DNA of 64,000 nt from a virus (taxonomy: Duplodnaviria > Caudoviricetes): positions 96,001 through 160,000 of the IMG/VR virus record IMGVR_UViG_3300020469_000008, one strand, 5' to 3'. Positions 28,415 to 38,692 of the stretch are shown one piece after another. Under the pieces are notes generated by a model. That model was not told the origin of the DNA, did not search any database, and saw only the letters and a list, made by a program, of their open reading frames with translations. Position 1 is the stretch's first letter, and each line of letters opens with the position of its first letter. Made by a program: the position numbers and the translations under genes.

Positions 28415-28809
28415 TGTTTTTACTTGCTTTTATAAGCACACTATGGGCAGCTGATGTTGATTATGCAAATGTTGATAAAGGTGATGTAGCGCCATTTACT
28501 GGCAAGCTGCTAACACATGATGCATTGTCACAAATAATTACAACTCATGAAAAAGAATTACTTCAAGCAGATCTGGATAAAGAATTTGAACTGCAAAAAG
28601 TGACAGACACACTTAATCTTAAATATGACTTATACTATGCGCGGGCAGAAGCTGACAAAGCGATGTATCAACAAATGATTGAACTGCGTGACGAAGAAAT
28701 AAAAATACAATCGCGTAAAGATTGGATTCAACGTCTAGCTTTCTTTGGTGGTTTTGCATTAGGGACAGCAACGACAATAGGAATTACGTATTCTGTTAAT
28801 CAAAATTAG
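28414..28809 (+). CDS. Secreted coiled-coil protein with C-terminal TM (spanin-like candidate)
   Basis: Signal peptide, helical core, C-terminal FFGGFALG TM. Confidence 0.5.
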   Translation: MFLLAFISTLWAADVDYANVDKGDVAPFTGKLLTHDALSQIITTHEKELLQADLDKEFELQKVTDTLNLKYDLYYARAEADKAMYQQMIELRDEEIKIQSRKDWIQRLAFFGGFALGTATTIGITYSVNQN

Positions 28810-28848
28810 TATCGACATAATAATTAGTACATATCACGCGAGGTTGAA

Positions 28849-31536
28849 ATGAAAGTAGCAGTAAAGAAACGCGTTTTATTTAATTTATTAAAAAATCGAT
28901 TAAATGAAAATAGAATGCAAGGTGGCGATATGGCGGGTCGTTTAATACACCCATTTAACATCCAGTCACCAAACTCCGATCCTTTTGGATTCTACGAAGA
29001 CGACGAGGAAACTCCGATAAAAGTTTCAGATCATATGTCTGTACAATTGTCTGTTCCAAAGATGCCTGTTGAAGATGAGGATTTTGTACCTAGTACAATA
29101 ACTGAATTGTGTAACGCTGCAACTTTAATATGCAAAGAGGTTCCTTTAACACAAATTGAATATTATTATCGGCAGTTACATATGCTTTTAGATAGAGCAC
29201 TCGATAGAGAGTCAGACCAAGGCCTAAATATGGTTAACGAATCTTTTGAAATTTCCAGAAATACAACTATAAAAGATTTCACCATGATATCAGAATCGTC
29301 TAGGATAAGGGTAAGACAAAGAAAAAACACGCCAACAGAAGCTCTTCCTGCTGAATTGCAACCGGAAGACTTGCCTGGATTTGCTGAAGCAACTAATAAA
29401 GATGAATATATGAGAGGCTATAACTTTGCTGCTGACTTTGAAGTCGAAGGTAAATCTGAAGATGAGTTATATGAACATGATATATATGTCGCAGCGCAAT
29501 CAGATGATTTCAAAGCTGGTTATTCTGCGGGTGACGAGGTTGCAACTGGAATACAGTATGATGTAAGTGCTGAAAGGCCACTTTTTCCGACTAGGGCAGG
29601 AGAAGAGAAAAGAGGCGTAGGAATTCCGTTGTTTGATAGTTACGAGCAGTTTTTAGCAAGAGGCACTGAACTAGACCCAGTAACAGGAGATGTAGACACA
29701 TCAGCATATGATAATGCAACACCCCAAGAAAAAGCTGCTATGGATGCTAGTGCTGCGCTCCAAGAAGTTTTTAAAGAAATCCATTCTGAAGCTACAGCAA
29801 TAATGATGGATCCAAAAATGGCAAGAGAATTTGGTGCGTTAATGACGCCTATAACACAAGAAATGGGTTTAGGTAGTACTGATATTCTAACACCTTTAAA
29901 CGTTGGGCGAATGTTTTCATACGTCAACAGAATGAAAGATCAAACAAAGAAACTCCAGAAAATACAAGATCTTCAAATGAAAATGTTCACAGTAATAAGT
30001 GAAGCTTTAGACAAAACTTTGAAACGAAAGCCTAGAATAAGAAAAGCGATTCAAGGGTATGCTTCAGAAGCGAACGTCCCGTTAGATCAGTTTATGTTAA
30101 AATTAAAAGAAGACATAACTAATTCTTATACACAATACGGTTCGACCAGTAGGGTTGCAGCGCAAGGTGGTGATGCCGCGGTTGTCAATAGTGCAATTGA
30201 TAAGTTGTTTGCAGTTTTTATTAAAACTTTAAAATTACCAGGTACAGACAATAAATTTAAAGACAGGAGTCACTTTTATAGAAACGTTGATTTAAATAGC
30301 TTAGAAGAGATACTTGACGGTTTTAAGGCAGTAATTGATAACCAACTTAAAGATAAAACAAATCCTGACTTATATGTTGTTCGTGATAGAGACGTAACGG
30401 TAGGACTTACAGAAGAAGAAATTATGGGCACAGTTGAAACATATATTAATTTAGAATTTGAACAAGCTGAAAGCACACAGACAGGTGACCCAACTAGCGA
30501 AGAAACTCAGGACACAATTGATTTAGAGAATGAAACCACTGATGAAGTATCTGAAATCGAAGCTGACGATTACTTAACTGCACTTGAAAGATATGGGAAG
30601 AGATATGCTCAAGGAAAAAATGTAGAATTCCAAGATATGGCACCATTTTTTGGATATTCAAACACCTCTGGCATGCGCCAGTACTATTTAAAAGACATTT
30701 TAACGAAACTTCAAATGTTAGCTTTTACAGACACAGATGGACAACCATCGAGTGTGGGAGACCTACAGGATGAGAATGCTGTTCTAATTGTAAACAAAAT
30801 GGTTGAAGTTGTACAGACAAACCTAATACCTGAATATGAAAAGAAAGTAAACAAAGGCCAGACTAAGCCTAGAAATATTGACAAGAAAAACAAAGTTAAG
30901 GAAGTTGGTACCACAGAGATCTTAGCAGCATTAAAGGAACAAATCTTACCTAGTCTAGAATTGCTACAGAAATTATTTGCTCAAGGATATAAGTTTACAG
31001 AAATAGCAGCTGACGAAAATCACGTTGCTTATGATGCACTTCAGCTAGTTGGAGGTTCAGTCTTTAGAGAAGTTCAGGACGCGCCTATATCAAATGCTTT
31101 AAGTAAAATGTTGAAGAAAAGAAATGAATTAATTGCTGATGAAATAATTGCAAGAGTAGGACAAGGTAAAGTTAACAGAACAGATATTACCGACAAAGGT
31201 GGTATTGCAGAATACTTCACAGGTCTCAAAGGGTTGCCAGATTTTGATGCTGATCCGACATCAAAAAAAGGAAAAATTGTGGGGAAACTTATCAACATTG
31301 GAATCACAGCAGAAGTTTTTGCTGAAGTTTTAGTAGAAACAGACATAATTTGGAACGAAGTAATTCTTGATGAACTCCAATATGAGGGAGGCGAATATCG
31401 TGATGAGATAGTTGCGGGTTACAAAAGCTTAGTAGACGATGAAAAATTAATGAAGAAAACAATTTTGTCAGGAATTAAGGCAATAGCACAAGAAAAACAC
31501 TATATGAATTTAGAAAAGCAACCGGGCAGAAAATGA
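28849..31536 (+). CDS. Large hypothetical (probable virion) protein, 895 aa
   Basis: Long ORF; ATAATTA at 28820; basic N-terminus ending RLNE. Confidence 0.8.
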   Translation: MKVAVKKRVLFNLLKNRLNENRMQGGDMAGRLIHPFNIQSPNSDPFGFYEDDEETPIKVSDHMSVQLSVPKMPVEDEDFVPSTITELCNAATLICKEVPLTQIEYYYRQLHMLLDRALDRESDQGLNMVNESFEISRNTTIKDFTMISESSRIRVRQRKNTPTEALPAELQPEDLPGFAEATNKDEYMRGYNFAADFEVEGKSEDELYEHDIYVAAQSDDFKAGYSAGDEVATGIQYDVSAERPLFPTRAGEEKRGVGIPLFDSYEQFLARGTELDPVTGDVDTSAYDNATPQEKAAMDASAALQEVFKEIHSEATAIMMDPKMAREFGALMTPITQEMGLGSTDILTPLNVGRMFSYVNRMKDQTKKLQKIQDLQMKMFTVISEALDKTLKRKPRIRKAIQGYASEANVPLDQFMLKLKEDITNSYTQYGSTSRVAAQGGDAAVVNSAIDKLFAVFIKTLKLPGTDNKFKDRSHFYRNVDLNSLEEILDGFKAVIDNQLKDKTNPDLYVVRDRDVTVGLTEEEIMGTVETYINLEFEQAESTQTGDPTSEETQDTIDLENETTDEVSEIEADDYLTALERYGKRYAQGKNVEFQDMAPFFGYSNTSGMRQYYLKDILTKLQMLAFTDTDGQPSSVGDLQDENAVLIVNKMVEVVQTNLIPEYEKKVNKGQTKPRNIDKKNKVKEVGTTEILAALKEQILPSLELLQKLFAQGYKFTEIAADENHVAYDALQLVGGSVFREVQDAPISNALSKMLKKRNELIADEIIARVGQGKVNRTDITDKGGIAEYFTGLKGLPDFDADPTSKKGKIVGKLINIGITAEVFAEVLVETDIIWNEVILDELQYEGGEYRDEIVAGYKSLVDDEKLMKKTILSGIKAIAQEKHYMNLEKQPGRK

Positions 31537-31958
31537 GTAGATTATTAGAAAACATACTTAAAAATCGGCAGCAACAAAAATTAAATGAACTTGATATGAC
31601 AAAAAGTGGAACTGCAATGATGCGTCATTTAGGGAGTAATTTCCCATATGTTGATGATAACAATCTACCCATTGAGCCTGAGGGTGCTAATTGGAAACAA
31701 GTTCAGCAAAACGATAGAATATGTTTGCAAAAAACTTATGAGCTTGATGCAATAAAATTTTTAAAGTATTTTGTTAATGAGTTAATTCACCTTGCTGAAG
31801 AAATGTACCACCATCCAGAAATTTTAATTAATCACACAGAAGTCACTATAACATTATTTACACGCGACTTAAATGACGTAACTGATCGTGATATCCAGAT
31901 GTCTAAAAAGATTGATGAAGTAATTGAAGATATTAACGTCATAAAGTTTAGAGGGTAA
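31533..31958 (+). CDS. Pterin-4-alpha-carbinolamine dehydratase-like protein with N-terminal extension
   Basis: AEEMYHHPEI, V.I.L.T...NDVTDRD motifs. Confidence 0.8.
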   Translation: MSRLLENILKNRQQQKLNELDMTKSGTAMMRHLGSNFPYVDDNNLPIEPEGANWKQVQQNDRICLQKTYELDAIKFLKYFVNELIHLAEEMYHHPEILINHTEVTITLFTRDLNDVTDRDIQMSKKIDEVIEDINVIKFRG

Positions 31959-31959
31959 T

Positions 31960-32331
31960 ATGTCTTTTTTTGTAAGTGATAGTTTAAAAGGTATTATAAG
32001 CGAAAAAGATTTAGAAGCAGAAAGTCCGATTAAAATTCTTGAAGAAAAAGAAAATATCACCATCCGTTTTAACAACGACAATAGTATTTTTGAATGCGAA
32101 CTATTAACAATAAACTTTAGTGAAACGTGTGATGAAATTAAAATAATTACTGACACAGCAGGTTTAACAAATGTTTTTAAGAGTGAAAACAAAATAATAA
32201 TGTATTCAATAATTTTAAATGGCGAAGATTACATGCAAACCAAAGGGACAGTTTACATAGATAAATTAGAAGTCAATAAAGCAGATAATTGTATTGTGTG
32301 CAAAATAGATATATTTAAAAGGGGTTATTAG
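31960..32331 (+). CDS. Hypothetical protein
   Basis: ORF in operon. Confidence 0.65.
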   Translation: MSFFVSDSLKGIISEKDLEAESPIKILEEKENITIRFNNDNSIFECELLTINFSETCDEIKIITDTAGLTNVFKSENKIIMYSIILNGEDYMQTKGTVYIDKLEVNKADNCIVCKIDIFKRGY

Positions 32332-33012
32332 ATGTTTAAAATTAATTCAGAAGATGAGTTGCTGCAGTTATTAAAAATTGTTTCACAGGAAGCCGTAGAC
32401 AAATCAAGAAAAACTTTATTTGAGGCTGTAGATACAGCTCAAGAAAGATATATTTCAAATCTTCGTGCTAGCGAAAGCAAATATGGCGTTGATTTATCTG
32501 AGCAAGAGGAAGAACCAGAACCGGATCAAGAAGTCACAGCTGAAAAAGAACCGACTGCAGAGCCTGAAGAAGAAACACAAAAATCATCAATTGACTCAGA
32601 AACGTTAGGAGTTTCTTTCGATACCGTAATTAAAGATATTAATACTTTACGTGCAGGTCGTTCAACCAAAGATAAAGAAATCAAAGACGAATTATTAGGT
32701 TACTACGATAGATTAGATGACTCGGAGCGCAAAGTGCTTCATCTTTTTTTAAGTGAAATATCAAAAATACTCCAAGGGGCATTAGATGCGTCAGATGCAC
32801 AAGATCCGAGTGAACCACCCTTTAATGCAGAAATTTCATTTGGAGAGGATGAAGAAACCATTCCAGATAGTGCTAACACAGAAACATCTTCCGAAACTAA
32901 CGATACAGAAGAGGATGCAGGTGAAGACTCTAGCCCACCAATTAAAGTTAACGAAAGCCAAGATTTAAGAGAAATTAGAAAAAGAGTACAAAGGCTGATG
33001 AAGAGGTTTTAA
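32332..33012 (+). CDS. Acidic hypothetical protein
   Basis: ORF in operon. Confidence 0.75.
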   Translation: MFKINSEDELLQLLKIVSQEAVDKSRKTLFEAVDTAQERYISNLRASESKYGVDLSEQEEEPEPDQEVTAEKEPTAEPEEETQKSSIDSETLGVSFDTVIKDINTLRAGRSTKDKEIKDELLGYYDRLDDSERKVLHLFLSEISKILQGALDASDAQDPSEPPFNAEISFGEDEETIPDSANTETSSETNDTEEDAGEDSSPPIKVNESQDLREIRKRVQRLMKRF

Positions 33013-33013
33013 A

Positions 33014-34051
33014 ATGAGAATGACTAAAAGACAGCTTAGTGAAGTAATTACAGATTACTTGTTAAGTGAGGCAGAATTTGGATCATTTAGGGGTAGTGTA
33101 GATATAGAATTCTGTGATTTAAGCGGATTACCTAAAATCTTCACAGCTATTTTTGAACCAATAAGAGATCGAGACAGTTCAAAGCTTAAGCTCGCTTTAA
33201 GTGAAGAGCTTGAAAAAGCTGAGGCTAGCCGTGATAAGCGAAGAATTGAAAAATTAAGTGCACGAATTAGCGAATTAGAAGATGAAAATTATTGGTCAGG
33301 TTCAGATGCATTTGCCGGTATATTTGGGTCTGCAACTTTCATGGGCTTAACAAAAATCCTAGGACCAGGTTTGACAATGATGACAATGATGACAAAGGTA
33401 GATTGTGATCACATCATAAATCTTGTTAATATATTCACAGTTAACATTTTAGCACCGTTGTTAGGAATTGAAGGTGCACAACTTCAAGAACTTGAAGACG
33501 AAATTAAAAGAAACAAAGGTGAGAGAGTTACATCGAGTGAAGGTGAGGCGCAAAATCAGTCGAATATGTATTCTGATGATATGCAAGTAAAAATATTCAA
33601 CTCAGTGTCGAATGTTTTTAAGGATAACAATCTTTTAAATTATGAAAAACGTGACGAAGCAAGAGTGTCTGGTAAATTACGTTTAAATGATTATGACGGC
33701 AAAATAACTGATATGCACTTAGATTTCTTTGAGCTATTTTCTCCTGTTGAATATTTAAAATTTTTAGAGGATCCTAGAGAGGATATTCCAGAATCAGCAA
33801 AAGATAATTTTCTTAATGCCATAAAAATTTTAGAAGATCAAGGCCATCGAGATTTTGGATCTTTTATAAATGCATTTGTATTAGCCACACCAGGAACAAG
33901 AACAGATAGTGCTGTGGCAAAAATTCTTAAAGCAGCAAATTTAAAAAATTATTTTAAGGAACCTAAAGATGCAATAAAGTTTGTGAAAACAACATTTAAC
34001 ACAATGTACAAAGAATTTGAATTTGACGGATTCCAATTATTCGGTTTATAA
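33014..34051 (+). CDS. Leader-family protein
   Basis: MRMTKRQLSEVITDYLLSE. Confidence 0.8.
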   Translation: MRMTKRQLSEVITDYLLSEAEFGSFRGSVDIEFCDLSGLPKIFTAIFEPIRDRDSSKLKLALSEELEKAEASRDKRRIEKLSARISELEDENYWSGSDAFAGIFGSATFMGLTKILGPGLTMMTMMTKVDCDHIINLVNIFTVNILAPLLGIEGAQLQELEDEIKRNKGERVTSSEGEAQNQSNMYSDDMQVKIFNSVSNVFKDNNLLNYEKRDEARVSGKLRLNDYDGKITDMHLDFFELFSPVEYLKFLEDPREDIPESAKDNFLNAIKILEDQGHRDFGSFINAFVLATPGTRTDSAVAKILKAANLKNYFKEPKDAIKFVKTTFNTMYKEFEFDGFQLFGL

Positions 34052-34104
34052 TTTACAATTGTAGTAACATTAATTATAATTTTTTGTTTTAAGGAGAATT
34101 AATT

Positions 34105-34455
34105 ATGAACAAAACAAATTGGATTCCAGAAATTATGTACGAAGAAAGTGATGACGGATTGTCTAGTAACATTCCTTTTATAATGGTACCGCAAGATCAA
34201 GTCATGCCAAAAGTTGTTTTTATCTTTGAAAGTAGAGAAACAGGTGAATACGAGCCAAATGAAGAAGGTGATCCTGTACCTATTATGGAAATGGATCTTC
34301 ATCAATATGCAGATATGGAAATATTAAAACAAGGTCTTGATGAGGCTTCTTATGATATTGTAAGAAAAGTACTTGGTTTGCAACCATTGCGCGAAGCAGC
34401 AGCAGCTGGCCAAAAAATCACAGACAATGTAAGAAAAAATTTAGAATCTAAATAA
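34105..34455 (+). CDS. Hypothetical protein
   Basis: AAGGAG RBS; promoter TTTACA-17-TATAAT at 34052-34080. Confidence 0.75.
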   Translation: MNKTNWIPEIMYEESDDGLSSNIPFIMVPQDQVMPKVVFIFESRETGEYEPNEEGDPVPIMEMDLHQYADMEILKQGLDEASYDIVRKVLGLQPLREAAAAGQKITDNVRKNLESK

Positions 34456-34511
34456 AAGTATAGAAAATACATTTGATAGATGATAATTAAATGTTGTGGA
34501 GGGCATTTATT

Positions 34512-35045
34512 ATGCGTATTAATTTTGATAGACTAAGTCAATTAGCAGGTTTACCTACTAATGGAAATAGAAAAAGCCTTTATGAAGGTGCTGATCACGA
34601 TCATAAAATGGAAATGGATCACGGTCACAGTATGGAAGAAGAACGCGAAGATGAAGATTACAAGTACGAAGGATCTGCATTAAGCGGTGTCATGGAAGAG
34701 GACGAGGATGATGAACCAATGTCTGAACCTAAGGCAAAGAAAGAAATGATGGATCCTAAGTTAGATGAGATGATCGAAGTGGATGAAGTTATGTTAGTAC
34801 AAGAACTTCGTCGTGCTAAGAAAATTATGCAAGAAAGCAAGCGTAGAAAATTAAATGAATCTCGCAAAAGAAATATGCTTGAAGCACAACTTAAGCAAGT
34901 AATTGATGAAGAAGTTCAAAATGTGATGGACGAAATGAATCTTACTGCTGGGTGGGTTTACGGTGATAGACGACCAAGAAACAGCAAAAAAGGCTACACA
35001 AATCAAGGAAGCATGTTGCCTGGTATTGGTTTTCGCAGAAGATAA
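34512..35045 (+). CDS. Acidic probable head/scaffold-associated protein
   Basis: RLSQLAGL motif, multiple LxE sites; ATAATTA at 34483. Confidence 0.7.
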   Translation: MRINFDRLSQLAGLPTNGNRKSLYEGADHDHKMEMDHGHSMEEEREDEDYKYEGSALSGVMEEDEDDEPMSEPKAKKEMMDPKLDEMIEVDEVMLVQELRRAKKIMQESKRRKLNESRKRNMLEAQLKQVIDEEVQNVMDEMNLTAGWVYGDRRPRNSKKGYTNQGSMLPGIGFRRR

Positions 35046-35120
35046 CAATATCATAAACTTCCACATATAATTATAAATCTGGCTAATACGATATATTATA
35101 ATCCTAATTAAGGAGGATAT

Positions 35121-35618
35121 ATGCAACAATATCGTGTTGGTCAGATTTTATTTTTAATAGCAGACGCTAGTAAAGTAGTACCTATTCAAGTTGTTGAAGA
35201 AGTAATTAGAACCACACTTGAGGGTAAAGAAAAAACATACATTGTTAAATTTCCTAATAAAGAAGCGACGACTGTTGATATTAAAAAAGTAAAAGGTGGT
35301 CTATTTAAATCAAAAAGTGAAGTCAAAAGTTACATGATTGAAAATGCAACCAGCGCAATCGAACAGATGGTTACATTAGCTGAGGAAATGTCAATTAATA
35401 TTTTTAACAGTCACCCTAATGATGTTACTTTACCTACACAATCACAAGACATAATGCAATTACAAACCGAAGATAATTTAGAAACCGAAGATAATTTAGA
35501 AACCGAAGAAAAAGTGCAACAGACTGACGATGATGGTATAATAAGAGTAGATCTTGGCAATGGAAAATATGGCAAAATCAACGTTGACAACCTTAATAAA
35601 GCAGGAGCACCCCAGTGA
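35121..35618 (+). CDS. Hypothetical protein
   Basis: AAGGAGG RBS. Confidence 0.75.
   Translation: MQQYRVGQILFLIADASKVVPIQVVEEVIRTTLEGKEKTYIVKFPNKEATTVDIKKVKGGLFKSKSEVKSYMIENATSAIEQMVTLAEEMSINIFNSHPNDVTLPTQSQDIMQLQTEDNLETEDNLETEEKVQQTDDDGIIRVDLGNGKYGKINVDNLNKAGAPQ
35464..35509 (+). repeat. 18-bp in-frame tandem repeat x2.5 (TEDNLE)
   Basis: aaaccgaagataatttag repeated. Confidence 0.85.
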
Positions 35619-36415
35619 ACGTATTACTCTTAGACGCATACAATTTAATTTATAGAGCACGTAGTGGTTATATGAAAGGAGACTATCCCGTTGTCTATAA
35701 CTTTTTTCGAGGTGTCAGACCTTTAGTCGAAAAGTTCAACCCACAAAAAGTATACTTTGTACTTGAAGGAAACCCACAATTTAGAACACAGCTTAATGAA
35801 TCATATAAGGCCAACCGCGTTAATAATGACAGACACTTTCATGAACAGAAGGCACAAATTATTTCTATTGTCAAAGAGTGTTTTCCTTTTGTTACGGCCA
35901 GACATCCTCACTTAGAGTGTGATGATACAATTGCAACACTAGTAAAGATTCACTGTGATCAAGGCGATGATTGTACAATCATATCTTCTGACTCTGATTT
36001 TTACCAGTTGTTAAATGTTTTCGATAACTGTTCGATATACAATCCAGTTAGAAAGAAAATGATCGATAAACCTGATTATGACTATGTCACTTGGAAAGCG
36101 CTTCGAGGCGATCCTACTGACAACATCGCGGGTATACCTGGTTGTGGCGATAAAACAGCAGATAAGCTTGTACGTTCTCAAGAATTGCTCTCAGAGTACT
36201 TCAAGAAGGAGCCTATAAGACAACAAATATTTGAAAGAAATGTTAATCTGATTAGGCTTGTGGACTTCTCTGATAACGTTACAGAGATGGAACGCCATGA
36301 TGGCGTCGCAGATTTTGAGCAGTTATACGACATATTTGATGATATGGATTTTCATTCTATGCTGAAGGAAAAAACTTGGAACAAGTATGTTAACACATTT
36401 AAGGAGGTGATCTAA
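35615..36415 (+). CDS. 5'-3' exonuclease / flap endonuclease (T4 RNase H-like)
   Basis: LLDAYNLIYR, ECDDTIA, SSDSDFYQL, GDPTDNIAGIPGCG.KTA. Confidence 0.92.
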   Translation: MNVLLLDAYNLIYRARSGYMKGDYPVVYNFFRGVRPLVEKFNPQKVYFVLEGNPQFRTQLNESYKANRVNNDRHFHEQKAQIISIVKECFPFVTARHPHLECDDTIATLVKIHCDQGDDCTIISSDSDFYQLLNVFDNCSIYNPVRKKMIDKPDYDYVTWKALRGDPTDNIAGIPGCGDKTADKLVRSQELLSEYFKKEPIRQQIFERNVNLIRLVDFSDNVTEMERHDGVADFEQLYDIFDDMDFHSMLKEKTWNKYVNTFKEVI

Positions 36416-36624
36416 TGTATTTGGATGACAATGTACAGCAGGCTTTACGCCAGATGAATAAAATAGCAGTAAATGAAGTTTTGAAAAAAGAAGGAGATTT
36501 GTTTGTAGCAGTTAACGTTGAGACACAGCAACGTAGAATTGTACAGATCGAACAATCATTGGTCGAGAGTTTAGCAAAAGGACAACGTCCCCCTAGTTCT
36601 GGAAGGGGGCTACTAAAGGGGTAA
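36415..36624 (+). CDS. Hypothetical protein
   Basis: AGGAGG RBS. Confidence 0.65.
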   Translation: MYLDDNVQQALRQMNKIAVNEVLKKEGDLFVAVNVETQQRRIVQIEQSLVESLAKGQRPPSSGRGLLKG

Positions 36625-36625
36625 A

Positions 36626-38224
36626 ATGGAAATCAAACGCGAGATTTATTCTGGACAAGAGCTTGATGCAAAATTGCAAAAAGGCATTAATAAATTAGCT
36701 GACGCAGTAAAAGTTACAATGGGACCTAAAGGTAAACTTGTGTTAATACATAGGCCTGGACAACATCCTATCGTAACAAAAGATGGCGTCACAGTAGCAC
36801 AGGCTGTTAATTTAATTGACGAAGTTGAAAACTTGGGCGCACAAATTATAAAGGAATCAGCTAGTAGAACTGCAGATGAAGCAGGAGACGGCACCACAAC
36901 TGCAACAGTGTTAGCACAGTTTATCTACAATGAAGGTTTAAAATATAAAACTGCTGGATTTGATGTAATGCAAATAAAAGAAGGCATTGAATATGCGAGT
37001 AGTATATTAATAGAATCTGTAAGAAACACTGCAAGAGAAGTTAAGAGCAACGATGATCTGCTTAAAGTAGCAACTATATCTGCAAATGGTGAAGAAGATG
37101 TAGCAAAACTAATCGTCAATGCGATTGACGCAGCCGGCCCAGACGGTCATGTAATTGTTGAAGAAGCTAAGGGGTTTAGTAGCTCTTTACAGGTTGTTGA
37201 TGGATTTCAAATGGAGCGTGGATTTTTGTCTCCTTACTTTGTAACCGACAAAAACAAAATGACAGCAGAGTTCACAAAACCACTAATACTCATGGCTGAT
37301 AGAAATTTTAATTCTGTTCGTGAGCTTATGAAGCCACTAGAAGCTGCACTCGAAATGGGCCGGCCGATAGTTGTTATAGCCAACGAGATTGAAGGAGACG
37401 CCTTACAAGGTTTAGTTTTGAATAGAGTTAAAGGGTCTTTGCGAGTAGCTGGTATGAAGTCACCTGGATTTGGTGGCGCAAGGCATGATTTGCTTTTAGA
37501 TCTAGAGTCTATCGTTGGTGGCAAGGTTTTAGACAGCGCTTTTGATATGACTTCATTTGAACCTGAAATGTTCGGAACTTGCAAAAAGATGATTATTCAC
37601 AAAAGCAAAACGCTCGTAATTAAAGAGGAATCACGTTCTGATGCGACGCAAGCGAGAATGGATACAATTAAAGAGAAACTTAGATATCCCGGAATAAGTG
37701 ATAATGAGCGTGAACTTTTAAAATATCGTATCCAACAGTTATCTGGGGGCATCGCAATTTTACGAGTAGGTGCAGCAACAGAATCGGAATTAATTGAACG
37801 ATATGATCGAGTTGATGATGCTTTGCATGCAACTCGTGCTGCACTGGAAGAAGGTGTATTACCTGGTGGCGGAATTGCTTTGCATCGTTTAACGAATGAT
37901 TTGGATCAATGTGACGTTTCTAGACAATCTAAAAGTTTCATTGCGGGTTTTAGGCTCTTAACAGATGCGTGCTTAGCACCATTTAAACAAATCTTAGAAA
38001 ATGCTGGGTTGTCACATCATAAAGTTTTAAATGAGTTAAAAGAAACAGAGAATAATTTTGGCTATGATGTTCGTCACAAGAAGTTTGGGGATATGTTTGA
38101 ACTAGGTGTACTTGATCCCGCAAAGGTTTCCCGATGTGCTGTTGAGAATGCTGTGTCTGCTGCAACTATGTTGTTAATGGCTGACTGTTCAATGATTGAA
38201 GTAAATACCGAAGTTAAAGAATAG
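36626..38224 (+). CDS. groEL: Group I chaperonin GroEL homologue
   Basis: VKVTMGPKG, TKDGVTVA, AGDGTTTATVLA, GGIA, EEGVLPGGG, DPAKV; no GGM tail. Confidence 0.95.
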   Translation: MEIKREIYSGQELDAKLQKGINKLADAVKVTMGPKGKLVLIHRPGQHPIVTKDGVTVAQAVNLIDEVENLGAQIIKESASRTADEAGDGTTTATVLAQFIYNEGLKYKTAGFDVMQIKEGIEYASSILIESVRNTAREVKSNDDLLKVATISANGEEDVAKLIVNAIDAAGPDGHVIVEEAKGFSSSLQVVDGFQMERGFLSPYFVTDKNKMTAEFTKPLILMADRNFNSVRELMKPLEAALEMGRPIVVIANEIEGDALQGLVLNRVKGSLRVAGMKSPGFGGARHDLLLDLESIVGGKVLDSAFDMTSFEPEMFGTCKKMIIHKSKTLVIKEESRSDATQARMDTIKEKLRYPGISDNERELLKYRIQQLSGGIAILRVGAATESELIERYDRVDDALHATRAALEEGVLPGGGIALHRLTNDLDQCDVSRQSKSFIAGFRLLTDACLAPFKQILENAGLSHHKVLNELKETENNFGYDVRHKKFGDMFELGVLDPAKVSRCAVENAVSAATMLLMADCSMIEVNTEVKE

Positions 38225-38247
38225 TTAATAACAACTCGGAGAATCAC

Positions 38248-38586
38248 ATGTCAACAGCAACAAATTACAAATTAAAAAGAAAATTAGCAACTGCCGTTGT
38301 GACAGTTAAGATTGAAAACGAGGTACATGTTCCTGATTTGATGACACGAATTAGAATTTTACCTGGAATTGCTGTTGTCGGTCAAAAAGATAGAGTCGCT
38401 CGATTCTCAGATGGAGATGGGCGTCTTCCCCTAAGTATCAAATATCTCCCGCAGTCTGATGAAATATATGAAAGCTTAAAACAGATGTGTAATCTTGTAA
38501 AGAAATTACCCGGTGTAAAGACGATTGCTGTTGTGTCGTTTAATAAAAGAAACATTACTATGAAAGGTAAAAAACTTATTTTTTAA
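38248..38586 (+). CDS. Hypothetical protein
   Basis: GGAG RBS. Confidence 0.7.
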   Translation: MSTATNYKLKRKLATAVVTVKIENEVHVPDLMTRIRILPGIAVVGQKDRVARFSDGDGRLPLSIKYLPQSDEIYESLKQMCNLVKKLPGVKTIAVVSFNKRNITMKGKKLIF

Positions 38587-38602
38587 TTTTTTTTAAAAAA
38601 GG

Positions 38603-38631
38603 GTGTAAACTTTGAAAACGGTGTTTATTAT
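38603..38631 (+). promoter_or_regulatory. Sigma70-like promoter of Hsp20 gene
   Basis: GTGTAA-17 bp-TATTAT. Confidence 0.55.
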
Positions 38632-38692
38632 ATAACTGCTGGCAATTTTAATATGCTAGTTAACAACTTCATGTTTAATAAAGGAGGCTGAT

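Noticed and set aside
38639-38659. CIRCE heat-shock operator upstream of Hsp20
   Set aside because: CTGGCA-N9-TGCTAG lacks the CTC/GAG core and has the wrong spacing; at most a weak leader hairpin
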